Source: Yuukianura sp. NJ FZ-2021
Taxonomy: Eukaryota
Assembly: GCA_046563655.1 (NCBI GenBank)
Contig: CM102284.1
Span: forward strand, 9,176,001-9,240,000
Length of the DNA: 64,000 bases
Direction of reading: 5' to 3'
The stretch's first letter is position 1, and every line of letters begins with the position of its first letter. This document shows, piece by piece, positions 49,301 through 61,400 of the stretch. Made by a program: the position numbers and the translations under genes. The notes under the pieces are model-generated. The model searched no databases. It worked only from the letters and a program-made list of their open reading frames with translations, and was not told the origin of the DNA.

Positions 49301-52300
49301 CAACTTTCAAAATCACGATTTCTCAACGTTTTTTGGCAATTTAAACTGAAAGTTGTCATTTTTTTTAGACCACACTGGCCCTTCATCTCCAATTTTTGAT
49401 CCGATCCAATAAATCGGACTTGGCAATTCTGAAACAAACGAAAGATGCTGTTCGAGTTACAATTTGTCACACGTCAACTGTCATTGCAAACGCTTTTATG
49501 CACTCTGGCACAACTTCGGATCAGTTCTTACGTGAAAATTTGGATTGGCTGTCACGAGCAACGAATTGGGCCAAATTCACTGCTACAGCAAGTCTCGGAG
49601 TGATTCACCGTGGACATGAAAAGGAAGCCATGAATTTGATGAATACTTATTTGCCACGTGAGGGTGGAGCCACCAGTGGCTACTCAGAAGGTGGAGCCCT
49701 CTATGCCCTTGGACTCATTCACGCCAACCATGGAACTGCCATTACCAATTACCTCCTGAGTCAACTGCGTGATTCAAACAATGAAATGATTAAACATGGA
49801 GGATGTCTGGGACTGGGATTGGCAAGTATGGGAAGCAAGAAGACGGAAGTTTACGAAGTACTCAAAAGTACTTTGTATCATGACGATGCTGTTACTGGAG
49901 AAGCTGCTGGAATTAGTATGGGGTTGGTCATGCTGGGCTCGATGGACCAGAAAGCAATTGAGGATATGGTGGCTTATGCACAGGAGACGCAACACGAAAA
50001 AATATTGCGCGGACTTGCACTTGGAATTTCGCTGTTGGTGTTTGGACGACTGGAAACTGCTGATGTTCTTATTGAACGACTTTTGAAGGACAAGGTATTG
50101 GTGAAAAATCAAATTTTTTGTTGTTTTTTTTTTCAAGAAAAAAAAATTTCAAAATTGATTTTTTTTCTTTTGAAGGATGCACTTCTGCGACGTGCTGGTG
50201 TTCTGTCGGTCGCAATGGCATATTGTGGAACTGCTGCCAATTCGGCTATTCAAAAATTATTGAAAGTCGCTGTATCAGATACGAATGACGACGTTCGTCG
50301 AGCTGCCGTGATTGGTCTAGGATTTCTTCTTTTCCGCACTCCCGAACAATGCCCGAGCGTCGTCTCCTTATTGGCTGAAAGCTATAATCCGCATGTTCGA
50401 TACGGAGCAGCGATGGCTATCGGTATTGCTTGTGCTGGAACTGGAAGCAAGGTTAGATACTCGAAAAAGTGGAATTGTCGCCTTTTTCGAAATTTTTTGA
50501 AAATGGTTTATGATTTTTTTTTTGTAGGAAGCAATTGCTCTGATTGAACCCTTGACCCAAGATCCTGTCAACTACGTTCGTCAAGGAGCTTTGATGGCCT
50601 CTGCCATGGTTTGCATCCAACAAACGGAAGTTCTCTGTCCAAAGGTCAAGGACTTCAGAGCCCTCTACGCCAAAGTGATTAACGACAAGCATGACGACGT
50701 TATGGCCAAGTTTGGAGCAATTTTAGCCCAAGGAATCATTGACGGAGGTGGTCGAAATGTCACGGTGACGCTGAGTTCCAGAACCGGCCATGTTTGGCTG
50801 CAGGGAGCTGTTGGCATGTTGCTGTTTACGCACTACTGGTATTGGTTTCCAATGTCACTCTGTCTCGGACTCGCCTTTGCTCCTTCTACCATCATTGCAG
50901 TCAACAAAAATCTTGAGGTTTGCCAAAACATTTTAATTGCTAAGCGCGTAGCTGCTTTTTCGCGAAATCGAAGTGCAATCAGGTTTGTGATGCAGGATTT
51001 CATGATTCACACTGGATTCGCATGAAGCGAATCTACTCTTTTCCTTCTATTGTGGTCATAAACCACTTCCTCTGCTGGACTAGTCAGGGTGCTCTGCGTT
51101 GTTTGGTTAGGCGAGGGACGCTTCTGAGAATTTTTCGTCACTCTCCCTCTCCCCCTCTTCTGTTCGTGTGAATTTTGAAGAGGTCGTACTTAAGCCGAAG
51201 TGGGGAAAAGGGTGAAAAACAGTTCTAAACATACGGCAGGTTTCAGAGTTTGCTCGTTTTGTTACAATTTGCAACTCTAACTTTCATCTACCATTTCAAT
51301 TTTGAATTTCAGCTTGAAATTTTTAAAGCTACCCGGATAAGTTTGTTCGAAATTTTGCTAGAATTTCAAAGTTTAGGCTGAAACTATTTCGGAAATGGAA
51401 GCTACAGCTAAGGATCAGCTGAGAGACGCTTGTTCAAAGTGTCCAAGTCCAAAAGTTAGAAAAAATCAGGCATCGATTCAGTGCTGTCAGTGTAAAAACT
51501 CGTACTTCAAGATGTGTCCACTTCTGAAATCACAAAACCAACATTATCAGAGCAAAAACCAAAAGAACGGAACTTGGCACTGTCTGACATGTCGCTCTGA
51601 CCGTCCAAAAACTTTCTGTTCGATGTGCTTAGACGACCGGAACGTTAAACTGTTGAGCTGTAGCGGCTGTGAGTACAAGTATCATGCTGACTGCGTCAAC
51701 CGAGTTGACCTGATCGTTAAGGTCAAGGGAGCTGTTGACGGGTCAAGAGATTGGAACTGTTCGAAATGTGAACCATCGTCAGCATCACCAGTGAAACATC
51801 CAGTGGCTTCTTTTGAAAAATTTCTGAGCTTGAAGCAAGATGGGCTTAAAATTTTGCATTTGAATATCAACTCACTTTTGAACAAATTTGGAAAAGTGGA
51901 GGAACTTTTACTTAAAAATCGAGTTGATGTTTTTGGAATTTCGGAAACGCAGTTAGTCAGCAGTGATGCTCGGGAAAGTTTTGAGGCAGAAGGTTACCAA
52001 CTAATTAGAAGAGATCGTCCAAGTATTCATGATACTCGTAAGAAAAGTCGTGGCGGTGGATTAGCATTGTACGTTCATAAGGATTATACTGCCAAAGTTG
52101 TTGAAGAAGACGAGCAGTACTATAGTTGTGACCTCATCGAATATTTGGTGGTGAAATTAAGCTGTGCAGCAACAGGAGTTTCATTTTCAGTGATTTTAGT
52201 TTATAGTCCGAAACCAGGAAATCCGAAACTGAAAGACAGGCTGGCAGAGTTAGTTGTTGAAGCTAAGAGATACAAACCCCGAAATGAAGTATTTATCCTT

Positions 52301-53492
52301 GGAGATACAAATATTGATTTGCTATCGGAGTCCAAAGTGGCAGTCAATCTGAAGGAGATGCTGGCGGAGAGGGAATTTTTGCCGCTGGTGTTGCAACCGA
52401 CTCGAGTGGACAGAAATGGCGGAAAGTGTATTGACTTGATTGCTACGGATGCAGACAGAAAAGGAATCGGTGCTAAGGGGGTCGTCAATTTGAATTGGGC
52501 TGATCATTACATTGTGTATGGATTCCGGAAAGCGTCGACGCTGGAGTTGAAAGCAGGATAGAACGGCAGGAGAGCAGAGACAGCGATGTGGGCTGTCGAA
52601 TTTGTGTTTGTTTGTGTTTTCTTTGTCCAAAAGTGCTGCGAGTGAGAGTCAAACTTTCTGGAAAAATCAAAGTGTAGGTTGATTCTGTCAAAATTCTTAA
52701 TACTTTTATAGAATTTGGATTTAAACAGTTTGAGGTTGACGAAACGCGAGGATAATTCACAGGGAATTTTAAATTTTGACAATTTTTGGAGAATTTGTTG
52801 GTAATTTGTGTTTTCGTTGTTTTTGCAGATGCCGGTGTTGCAGTTCAAGTCAAATGCTAAGCCGTCGACATTCGCTTATCCTCCACCATTGGAGGAAAAG
52901 AAGAAAGAAGAGAAGGAACGCGTAGCAACAGCGATTTTGTCCGTGACGGCAAAGGCCAAGCGTCGTGAAGAAATCAAAGGCAAGAAGGAGGAGGAAGCGA
53001 TGGAAGTGGAAGAAGAACCACCGAAACCAGTAGAGGAAGAAAAGAAAGAAGTCAAAAAGGAAGAACCGAACTTTGAGATGTTGTCAAATCCAGCTCGAGT
53101 GATGAAGCAGCAGGTAAACATACTTTGGAAATGAAAATCTAAAAAATTTTGAAAAGCTTTATTTGAAAATGTTTGAAAAGTTTACTTACTGTGTATTTTT
53201 GAAATTGTAGGTCCGTTATATCGAGTTTTGCGATGAGAAGAAGCGATGGCGTCCGGTGAAGGAAGGAACAACCGGTGGAATCCTTGTCGTGAGAGACTAC
53301 GCTCCCGATGAACCTGTCACTCTTGTCCAAGCCGTTGCAGGTACTTTTTGAATTTAACTTAATTGAGTAACTTAATTAAAGTGTGCTAAAACTTAATAAT
53401 TTGTGTGTTTTGCAGCTCACGGACCACGAAGGGAAGAGGAAGAAGAAGAGCCAGGTCCACCAGAGCCGTTTGAGTACAACGATGAAGATTAA
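46357..53492 (+). CDS. Rpn2: 26S proteasome non-ATPase regulatory subunit 1 (Rpn2/PSMD1), 11 coding exons
   Basis: Exons 46357-46381, 48018-48135, 48202-48555, 48676-48837, 48919-49282, 49369-50094, 50176-50451, 50528-50917, 52829-53113, 53211-53340, 53416-53492. Spliced product: [17 protein letters not shown]...[17 protein letters not shown]...PC repeats...[11 protein letters not shown], all hallmark PSMD1 sequence. Confidence 0.96.
46851..47635 (+). CDS. CHCHD4: Mitochondrial IMS import oxidoreductase MIA40/CHCHD4, nested in an Rpn2 intron (2 exons)
   Basis: Exons 46851-47182 and 47263-47635. [18 protein letters not shown] (CPC redox motif), twin CX9C ([22 protein letters not shown]), YPELY and an acidic tail. 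Confidence 0.93.
51395..52561 (+). CDS. Tandem PHD finger + APE-like (EEP family) endonuclease, non-LTR-retrotransposon derived, no RT; nested in Rpn2 intron 50918-52828
   Basis: Uninterrupted 388-aa ORF. PHD1 CxxC..CxxC..(K)xC..WxCxxC (His replaced); PHD2 canonical C4HC3. EEP motifs in order: [49 protein letters not shown]. Stop follows shortly after the DH motif. Confidence 0.85.
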   Translation: MEATAKDQLRDACSKCPSPKVRKNQASIQCCQCKNSYFKMCPLLKSQNQHYQSKNQKNGTWHCLTCRSDRPKTFCSMCLDDRNVKLLSCSGCEYKYHADCVNRVDLIVKVKGAVDGSRDWNCSKCEPSSASPVKHPVASFEKFLSLKQDGLKILHLNINSLLNKFGKVEELLLKNRVDVFGISETQLVSSDARESFEAEGYQLIRRDRPSIHDTRKKSRGGGLALYVHKDYTAKVVEEDEQYYSCDLIEYLVVKLSCAATGVSFSVILVYSPKPGNPKLKDRLAELVVEAKRYKPRNEVFILGDTNIDLLSESKVAVNLKEMLAEREFLPLVLQPTRVDRNGGKCIDLIATDADRKGIGAKGVVNLNWADHYIVYGFRKASTLELKAG

Positions 53493-54044
53493 AAGCATCA
53501 AGAAACACACAAGAATTCTAAATAATTACTACAATGTTTCCCTAATTTAATAATAACTTAAAACATACTGTAAAAATGTTGCACATCTGTTTCTCAAAAT
53601 CTATCTATTAATAAAATATAATTACTATAATATGATAATAATTATTATTACAATAAAAGGAGTTGTTAGAATTGCTAAGCGAAATAAAAGAAAATGACTT
53701 TGTTCAATTGCACTTGCTTCACGCCAGTTACTAAATATCAGGGAGGAAAAGAATTAATTTTAATATGGCGTTTGGTTGTAGCACTGAAAACTTATTTTCG
53801 TTTTTTTTTTAATTTTAAGCATATTGTAATCTGAGTTAATAATCTTAATAATCTGAGTATTGCCTCAATTATTAACTGAGCGGAATTAATTTATTTTTAT
53901 AAAATCGTACTAATTATAATTAGTAATTTATTAATTAATACAAGTTGATTTGTTGTTGTTTCAGACTTTTAAACGGAGAGAAAACCGACTTGAGACACGA
54001 CATTCTCAAAAGAGCGGGAAAATGGATGAAATTAGTGTTTGAAT

Positions 54045-54575
54045 AATTTGTGTGGTTGGTGTAGCAGTTACTCACACAATTCTTGTCACCCTGTGAATTT
54101 GTGTGGTTGGAGTAGGAGTTACTGCACACCACCCTTGTCACCCACTCTGATTTTGAACTGAAGTTTAACATTGGGGGATAGGCAGAAGAGAGGAAAAGTT
54201 GAGAGGAGATTATGCGAAGCAGGAAGGCTACACTCCCTTCCCTATCCTTACCCTCTGAATTTGTGTGGTTGGAGTAGGAGTTACTGCACACCACCCTTGT
54301 CACCCACTCTGATTTTGAACTGAAGTTTAACATTGGGGGATAGGCAGAAGAGAGGAAAAGTTGAGAGGAGATTATGCGAAGCAGGAAGGCTACACTCCCT
54401 TCCCTATCCTTACCCTCTGAATTTGTGTGGTTTTTGTAGGAGTTACTGCACACCACCCTTGTCACCCACTCTGATTTTGAACTGAAGTTTAACATTGGGG
54501 GATAGGCAGAAGAGAGGAAAAGTTGACAGGAGATTATGCGAAGCAAGAAGGCTACACTCCCTTCCCTATCCTTCT
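54045..54575. repeat. 162-bp tandem repeat (~3 copies) in the Rpn2-RSF1 convergent intergenic region
   Basis: Near-identical units start at about 54096, 54258 and 54419, preceded by a shorter diverged sub-repeat. Confidence 0.92.
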
Positions 54576-54705
54576 CCCGGCACATGCATTCCCATACAAA
54601 AAGCAAAGGAGAGAAATAGCCCTATCTCGCCTCTTCGCTTCGTACAATCTCCGATCTACTTTTCTGCTCTCTCGTCCATCTCCGATGTAAAACACTGCTT
54701 CCAAA
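54529..54705 (-). repeat. Dispersed ~175-bp module, copy B
   Basis: The reverse complement shares four blocks with 8526-8701 at identical offsets. Confidence 0.85.
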
Positions 54706-55407
54706 CTTCGCAAAAGACATTCTTTTCTTATGTCATCCCGTTTTAGATTTTTAAAAATCTTAAATTCATCATTTCAACGTTTTATCATTTCTGTGACTCC
54801 AGTGCTCGTACTAAAAATCCAGTTAAGTATTTATTCTTGGGCTCGCTACAATAATACTTTTCATTTTGAGAATTTTTTTTAATCAAACTTGTTCTAAAAA
54901 CGGAAGAATTAGGTTTAATGGACCTCTCTTTCGTTCCTCGCTTCTTCTTAGATGTTCAAAGGTCAAAGGGTAAGTTGTAGTTGTGCTTGCGTCAAATTTA
55001 ACGAAATTTTTATCAAAACAAAAGTGTCACGTTAAGTAAAAAAAATCCAAACCGAAAGCTGTCATTTGACATTCCAATAAAAGTATAGGTACATTTACAA
55101 TATCTAATTGAATAACTACTAGTAAATAATAATAAAGTAATCCTAACTTTTAGCATAGGTAACGTAAAGTACTAAGGGGTTATCGTTGCACTTGCAATTA
55201 CAATTTAAACAATTCACAACTGATACAACTCGGATTCTAAGAACTTATGACTAAAACTTAATTTATAAACTTATTATTTTCTATGTTAAATATAACTTTA
55301 ACTCTATTCATAAAAAACTGATCGTTACGCTTAAAGTTTTGTGAATACTTCCAAAGGTAGTACGAAACAATTGTTCATGTGACATGCCATGTCTTCTGGA
55401 GGGTCCT

Positions 55408-58400
55408 TCAAGTGTCCATGTCTTCTTCCCCTCGTTGACTACTGAAGTACGACACCAGACCGCCGAATTCTCCATCAGATTTGTTCTCTTCTTTTGGTAC
55501 AGCAGCAGGGGACGAAGGTCGACGCTCCTGGCCTCCTTCTTCTTTGAATTCAGCTTCTTCCGGTCTAAAAACAGTATTAACCAGATCAAAAACTTAGTTA
55601 ATGGGACTAGTCAATTAGTAATCTAGTCTCACCTGTAGTCAAATTGCTGTGGTTGTGTGGCAGGATACAATGGGCCTTGTGGTGGAATTCCATAAGAAGT
55701 TGGTGGCCCACCGAATCCTCCGTGGGGCCCAAAGAATCGTTCATGACTGGATTGGAGATGGGCAAGAATATTTGGCGGTGGGATTCCTCTTCCGCCACAG
55801 TTTCCTTGTGGTGGCATTCGGTACATCATTTGTGGTGGTCCCGGTGGTTCTCGCTTGAACTGTTGAAATGACTGCAAAGGTGGACCAGATCCTGAACCAG
55901 GATTCGGTATTCTCAATGTTGGTGGAGGAATGTAACCGGACCTGCAAATCGTTTAAAATTCAAAAATCGTTTTCATTTCACGAAAATAGTTCTGCTTGAT
56001 TTGAAACCTGACCTTGGAGGATAAATAGAGCTGCTCAGCGCCTGCGCTTTGCCCAATCCTTGCGGAGGTGACGGAGCTCCTCTTACTTGGTACGGAGGAG
56101 GTGGAGGTCCAATATTTCTTTCCCACGGAAACCTAATTAATTAAGTATAAACCAATTAATCAAGTCCTAAATGGTTAGAAGTACTTGGAATACCTCATTC
56201 CTTGATTTTGGGGGTAGTACGCAGGATTAGGCACTCGAGATATTTCGGAAGGCGGGAGAAGTGTATGTGCTTGATGTGGAGGGGAAGATAACCCTCGATG
56301 TGGTGGTGTCGCTTTGCCAGAAAATAATGCCGCACTTCCTGGAATCGGAGCCGTCGGAGGTGGAATTGGAATTTGCGGAGCCGTCACTCGAGGTCCAGGA
56401 AGTGGGATTTGTGGCGGGACACCAGGAGATGGTGGTGGAGATGCTTGGTGTTTAGCTTTTTGTGTTGTGGGTGCTGGTGGAGGCGGTGTTTGTTGTTTCT
56501 TTCTGCCAGAAGATGCCAAGATTTCACTCATCATTAGATTCGTCGATGGTTGAGATACTGCTGGAAGTGGAGGAGCAGGAACTACTGGTGGAGTCGTTGA
56601 CCGTTGCGGGGAAGCAGTTGTTGGTGGCGGTGTTTTAATTCTCGGTTCTTGTGGAACTACAGTAGGAATTACCGGAACTGGAGGAAGTACTGGAGGCGGA
56701 GCTGTTGGAATCACGGGCCTTCTGATTGGTGGAAACGGTGGAGCCGGAACTGGTTTCAGTAACTGAGCCACCAACTTCGACGGTTCTTCAGACGCTGAAT
56801 CTTCGCTGCTGCTTAGCAACGCCATTGATTTCTTCTTTGGAGTACTTTTTCCCGGAACTAAGGAAATTGGTGGTGAAACTTTTTGTTTCTTTGGATAGAC
56901 TTTGGGAGACTTGATCTTCAGTGGAGGAATTTTATTTGGTGAAGATTTGCTGGGTTGCAGTTTGGCTGGAGTTGCTGCATTAGCCAGTGAAGTTGTAGCT
57001 GCTAGAGCTTGCGCAGCATTCAGTTCTGCTACGAGTTGCTTCGAACTGGATGGTTCTTGAGAATCCATGTCAAGGTCAGGAACAACAGGCTTCCTAAATA
57101 GAACAAAAGAACAGGCAGAGTTAACATTTTGTACAACAAAACAACATTTTTGTAAACAAAGTTCAAAATCTCATTACTGTCTCTTTGGATGAATATTTCC
57201 ATCGTCATCGGATTCACCAGATTCCAAAATTCCCTTGAAGTCGATCTGTTTCCCTCGTGTTGAACGTTTTGTAGACGATTCCGTGTCGGCCTTCTTTACT
57301 TTTCCACCATGTTTCTAAAAAACCCAATAAAGCCCGTTTCAAATGAAAGAAAAGTTAACTTTTGAAAAGAAGTTTTATTTTACATGATTTTCAATTTCTG
57401 GAAAATGAAAATACCCCTAACGTTTACAGCCAAGTTTAAACAAACAAAAATTTGAAACTTCAAATTCGAAATTAGAATAAAAAAAAAAACTATGAAAAAT
57501 TAAAAATCCATCAGTGATTTCTAATAACCTTGAGCTTTTTCGGTTCCTGAAACTTGAATGCGCTCAAATCAAACTTTTTAACATTGCTATTATTTCCTTC
57601 AGAAAAACTACTCATAGCTTTCTCTCTGACCTTAAGTCGTAGCATCTCAGCCCTATCTTGTCCACAATTATAATTTTCAGAACTTACACTCCAAGCGCGA
57701 TCAGAGTCATCTTCGTCCACCTTCTTCTTTTTCTTTAGACTTGGTCGTTTTTTAGTCTTGGATTTGGAAGATGATGATCCGCCAGAATTCAAAAAGAACG
57801 CTGATTTTCTAAGTTTCGATGGCGGATGATACGATGTCTTCTTCTTCTTCCTTTTCCCCCAAGTTTCGTCATCTGATTCAGAAAGTGACGAAGCCTCCGA
57901 CTCCGAGCCCCAACCACCAGCAGGTTCGTCATCGTCATCCTCTTGATCACTCTCATCATCTGAAACACATTTTAAAAACTGGAATTACCAAAAACCGACC
58001 TAAACTGTCTAAAAATTGAGAAACTTAGAATTTGAATTTCAAAAACTTACAAACAATTCGAGATCTTGCTTTTCGACTTGACCGACGAACGGATCCGACA
58101 TCCAAATACTTCTCTTGTCTTCCAAGTTTTCCCTTCTTCCCTCTCTTGGCAATTGAATCATCCGATTCATCAGCATCTCTATCTCCAGACCACTCTGAAT
58201 CTTCATCTTCAACTGCATAGGGCTCATCTTCCTCATCATCTTCTTCAGATCCTTTGAAATCTTCATCAGAATCTTCATCACTCGGAGCATCCAAATCATT
58301 GAGTCTCCTTCTAGATTTTCGATTACTCTGTTTCTCCAGCTCTTTTCTTCGATTTCTCTCCGTTTCGTCAATATCTTCTTCGTCACTTGACTCATCCTTC

Positions 58401-61400
58401 TTTTCCTTTGCTTGATTCTCTTCCTCGTCTTCTTCATCTGATGATCCCGGCATTACTTTTCCTTTGCTCGGAACCAATTTTGGTGGCGGTGGATCGTTTT
58501 CACCGGTTTCCCCATTTTCTTGTGGTGGTGGTAAAATTGGCTTTGTCGCTTCGCCCTCCAGCAGCGGAAGTTCATACTCATCTTCATTCTAAAAAACAAT
58601 TCTAATTTCAAAATTTCAAAATCCAGGGAGCATTTTGCCCATTTGGAACAATCAAAAACTTTACCCTGAGAGCAGAGTTGATCATATCATCATATTCTTT
58701 AAAATTGAACGACTTCGTAGTTCTTCTAGCCCGCAACTTATACATTGGCTCATCTTCTGATTCTTCGGAATTGTATCTGGACAGATTACTGGAATCATCA
58801 CGGTCATCAATAAACGTTTCTCTTCCTCCGCCTTGCATAAGTTCATCTTCTTCATCATCTGAACTAATCTGCCTTCGTTTCTTCTTTATCCTCTCCTGTT
58901 TTATTGGTTTCCCATTTTGAGTTTCCTCTTTTTGGTTATTCGGTGGAAGAACATTGTCCAAGCTTATCCCGACATAAGCCAGTCTTTGTTTCCGCAAAAC
59001 TTCCAGCTCGTGCTTCTTCACAATCTTGTCATACTCAACTAAATTCTCGTTCAGCTTCTCAATCAGCATTTTCTGAAATTTCCGAAACCAAAACTATTGC
59101 ATTTTGGAAGGATTTTTCGAAATGTCTGGAAACAAGTTGGTTCTGTAACTTACATGCTGGCAAGTAGGACAAAACCATTGACCTTCCGGAATGACCCAGA
59201 TGACGGGACGCAGACACGACGCGTGCCACCCCTTGTCACACGAATCACAGAGCAGAATCCACTCGGGATGGTCGCCTTTCCCGCACTTATTGCAATTCGT
59301 ATCAGCATACTTGTCTTCCTTCACTTCACCTAAAAAATGAAAACAAGTAATGAATTTTAAAATTCCTACCTGAGTAGTAAAAGAAACGAAAGACAGATGA
59401 CAAATGAAGGATTTAGTTTGAACATTTGGAAAAACGAGTGTTTTTAGTTTAAAGAAAAGTGTCATACCCCGTTTGACAGTTCGAGCATGTCGACTTGGTG
59501 AAGCATCCCCGTCATCTTCTCCCATGTCACTCTCCGGTGAAAATTCATGGTCCGATCGGAGTGTCATGTCCTCCTCTTCTTCTTCATGGATGTCATGCTC
59601 CTCTTCTTCTTCCTCAACTTCATCTTCATCTTCAGACGAAGTGTGAATCCATGGATTCAAACCTTTCTTCATCAACGTTTTTGGTGGCTCTTCATGCTTC
59701 CTCTTTCTTCCGCGCTTTTTCGATCGCTGAATCGCTGTTTCAACTTCTTCATCTGACTCTGTTCCGGAAGGCGTCGGAAGATACTTTGATGCTGTTTTTG
59801 GAGGTCGACCTTTCCTTGGTTTCGGTTTTTCAGTTCCATCTTCCTCCTCGGCAAGCCCCTTCGTCTGCAAAACGAAATCATATTTTCAAAATTCGATTCA
59901 AAATGTTCAAAATATCAAAAAACTGAAACTTTTTCAATCACCTGTTTCTGCTCTCGTTCTTGCTGTTGTTGCTGCTTCCTTATTTGAGCTGCTTTGAGTT
60001 GCGCTAGTCTCTCTTCCTCTAATTTCCTTCGCTGCTCTTCCTCCTTTTCTTGAATTTTGGCAATCCGACTGCTCTGTCTCGTCGGTATTTCAACTGTGAG
60101 TCGTCCATTGGATTTTTTCTTTATAGAAGTTGGCGTAGAGTTGGCACTAGCATTTGAAGATTCGTCCAAGTCTTGTACCACTGGCTGTTTCGGTTTTCGC
60201 CCACTTCCGGGCTTCCTCGGAGCTCCACTTTTGTTAATCCCCGGAGGCTTCCTTCCAGGCGGTCTTCCTCTTCCTCGTCCTCTCGTTGGTATCGCTGGAG
60301 AAACGTTTTCATCACTGGAACTTTCAGATTCAATAGATTCTGCAGTGTTATTCAATGATCCTGTTCCAGCGTATCCAACTTCTGGATTTCCTCCTTCCAG
60401 CTCAGCTCCGGCACCTTCGCCTACAATGAACATCATCTCTTCCTCTATCGCTTCACCGATGATAGGGTTCTCTTCTGGAATCGTGGGATTCTCTTCTGGA
60501 ATCGTGGGGTTCTCTTCTGGAATCGTGGGGTTTTCTTCTGGCATCGCGGGGTTCTGCTCGGGGACCGTGGGGTTCTCTTCTGGAATCGATGGAGCTTCCA
60601 AAAGCGAAGCTTTTGCCTCAGAAGTCTCAGTCTGGTTAAGGTCCAACTTTGGCAATTTTGAAGGATTCTCCAGAATTGGAGATTCGGCTCTCCTTTTTCC
60701 TGGAGCTTCTTCGTTAACAGCATCTGCGATTTCTGAGGACTTGCTTTCAGCGATTTCCGGAGACTTCCTTTCAGGGATTTCTGAAGACTTGCTTTCGGTG
60801 ATTTCAGAATACTTGCTTTCAGCGATTCCTGGAGACTTGCTTTCAGGCATTTCTGAAGACGAAGACTTGCTTTGAGCGATTTCTGAAGGTTTGCTATTAG
60901 CAGTTTCTGAGTTGCTTTCAGCGATTTCAGTTTGTGGAATGGACGAATCTTGGGCATCTTCATCCTCATCAGAACTAAAATCATAAGCCACCAAACCCGA
61001 CAATTGGTTAGATACGGTAGACTCCGTCTGCGTGATTCCGGAATTTGTTGAAGCGGTAGCTTGAACTTCACATGCTTCGGAAACTGTGTCCATTGCTTCT
61101 ATATTTTTGGAATCGCTGGTCCGCGAGGCAACCATTGCTTCAGTAGCTGGAGAGTTCAGCGGTATCAATTCCACCTTACTGGAAACAGTCTCGTCTTTAT
61201 CAGAAACTCTACCGCCATCGTCTGATTGTGTCGGTTGGACTTCGGCTTCATTGTTTTCCTCTTCGCCAACTAATGTTGAATTGTGAGGAGCAGAGTCCAT
61301 GTCACCCTGTTGCTGCTCAGTTTCGACAGGAACTGAAGAATCTAGTTGATGCTGGTCGTCATGAATTTCACTCGGTGGATTAGCATCGCTAGAAGTACAT

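Noticed and set aside
50095-50175. 27-aa insertion in Rpn2 suggested by the ORF track read-through
   Set aside because: It is an 81-nt GT-AG intron that happens to be stop-free. Removing it restores the conserved KDKDALLRR sequence.
50985-51130. Possible C/D snoRNA or ribozyme at the start of the large Rpn2 intron
   Set aside because: The C box is imperfect (GTGATGC), there is no convincing terminal stem or guide, and I could not identify a hammerhead or HDV core by eye. An Infernal/Rfam scan is needed.
52562-52828. Stop read-through or frameshift from the endonuclease ORF into a reverse transcriptase
   Set aside because: Only 267 nt remain before the Rpn2 exon, the frame closes after 27 codons, and no RT motifs are visible.
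53935-54606. 223-aa minus-strand ORF with three 54-aa repeats
   Set aside because: It results from the 162-bp unit being a multiple of 3. It has no recognisable domain and no supporting gene structure.
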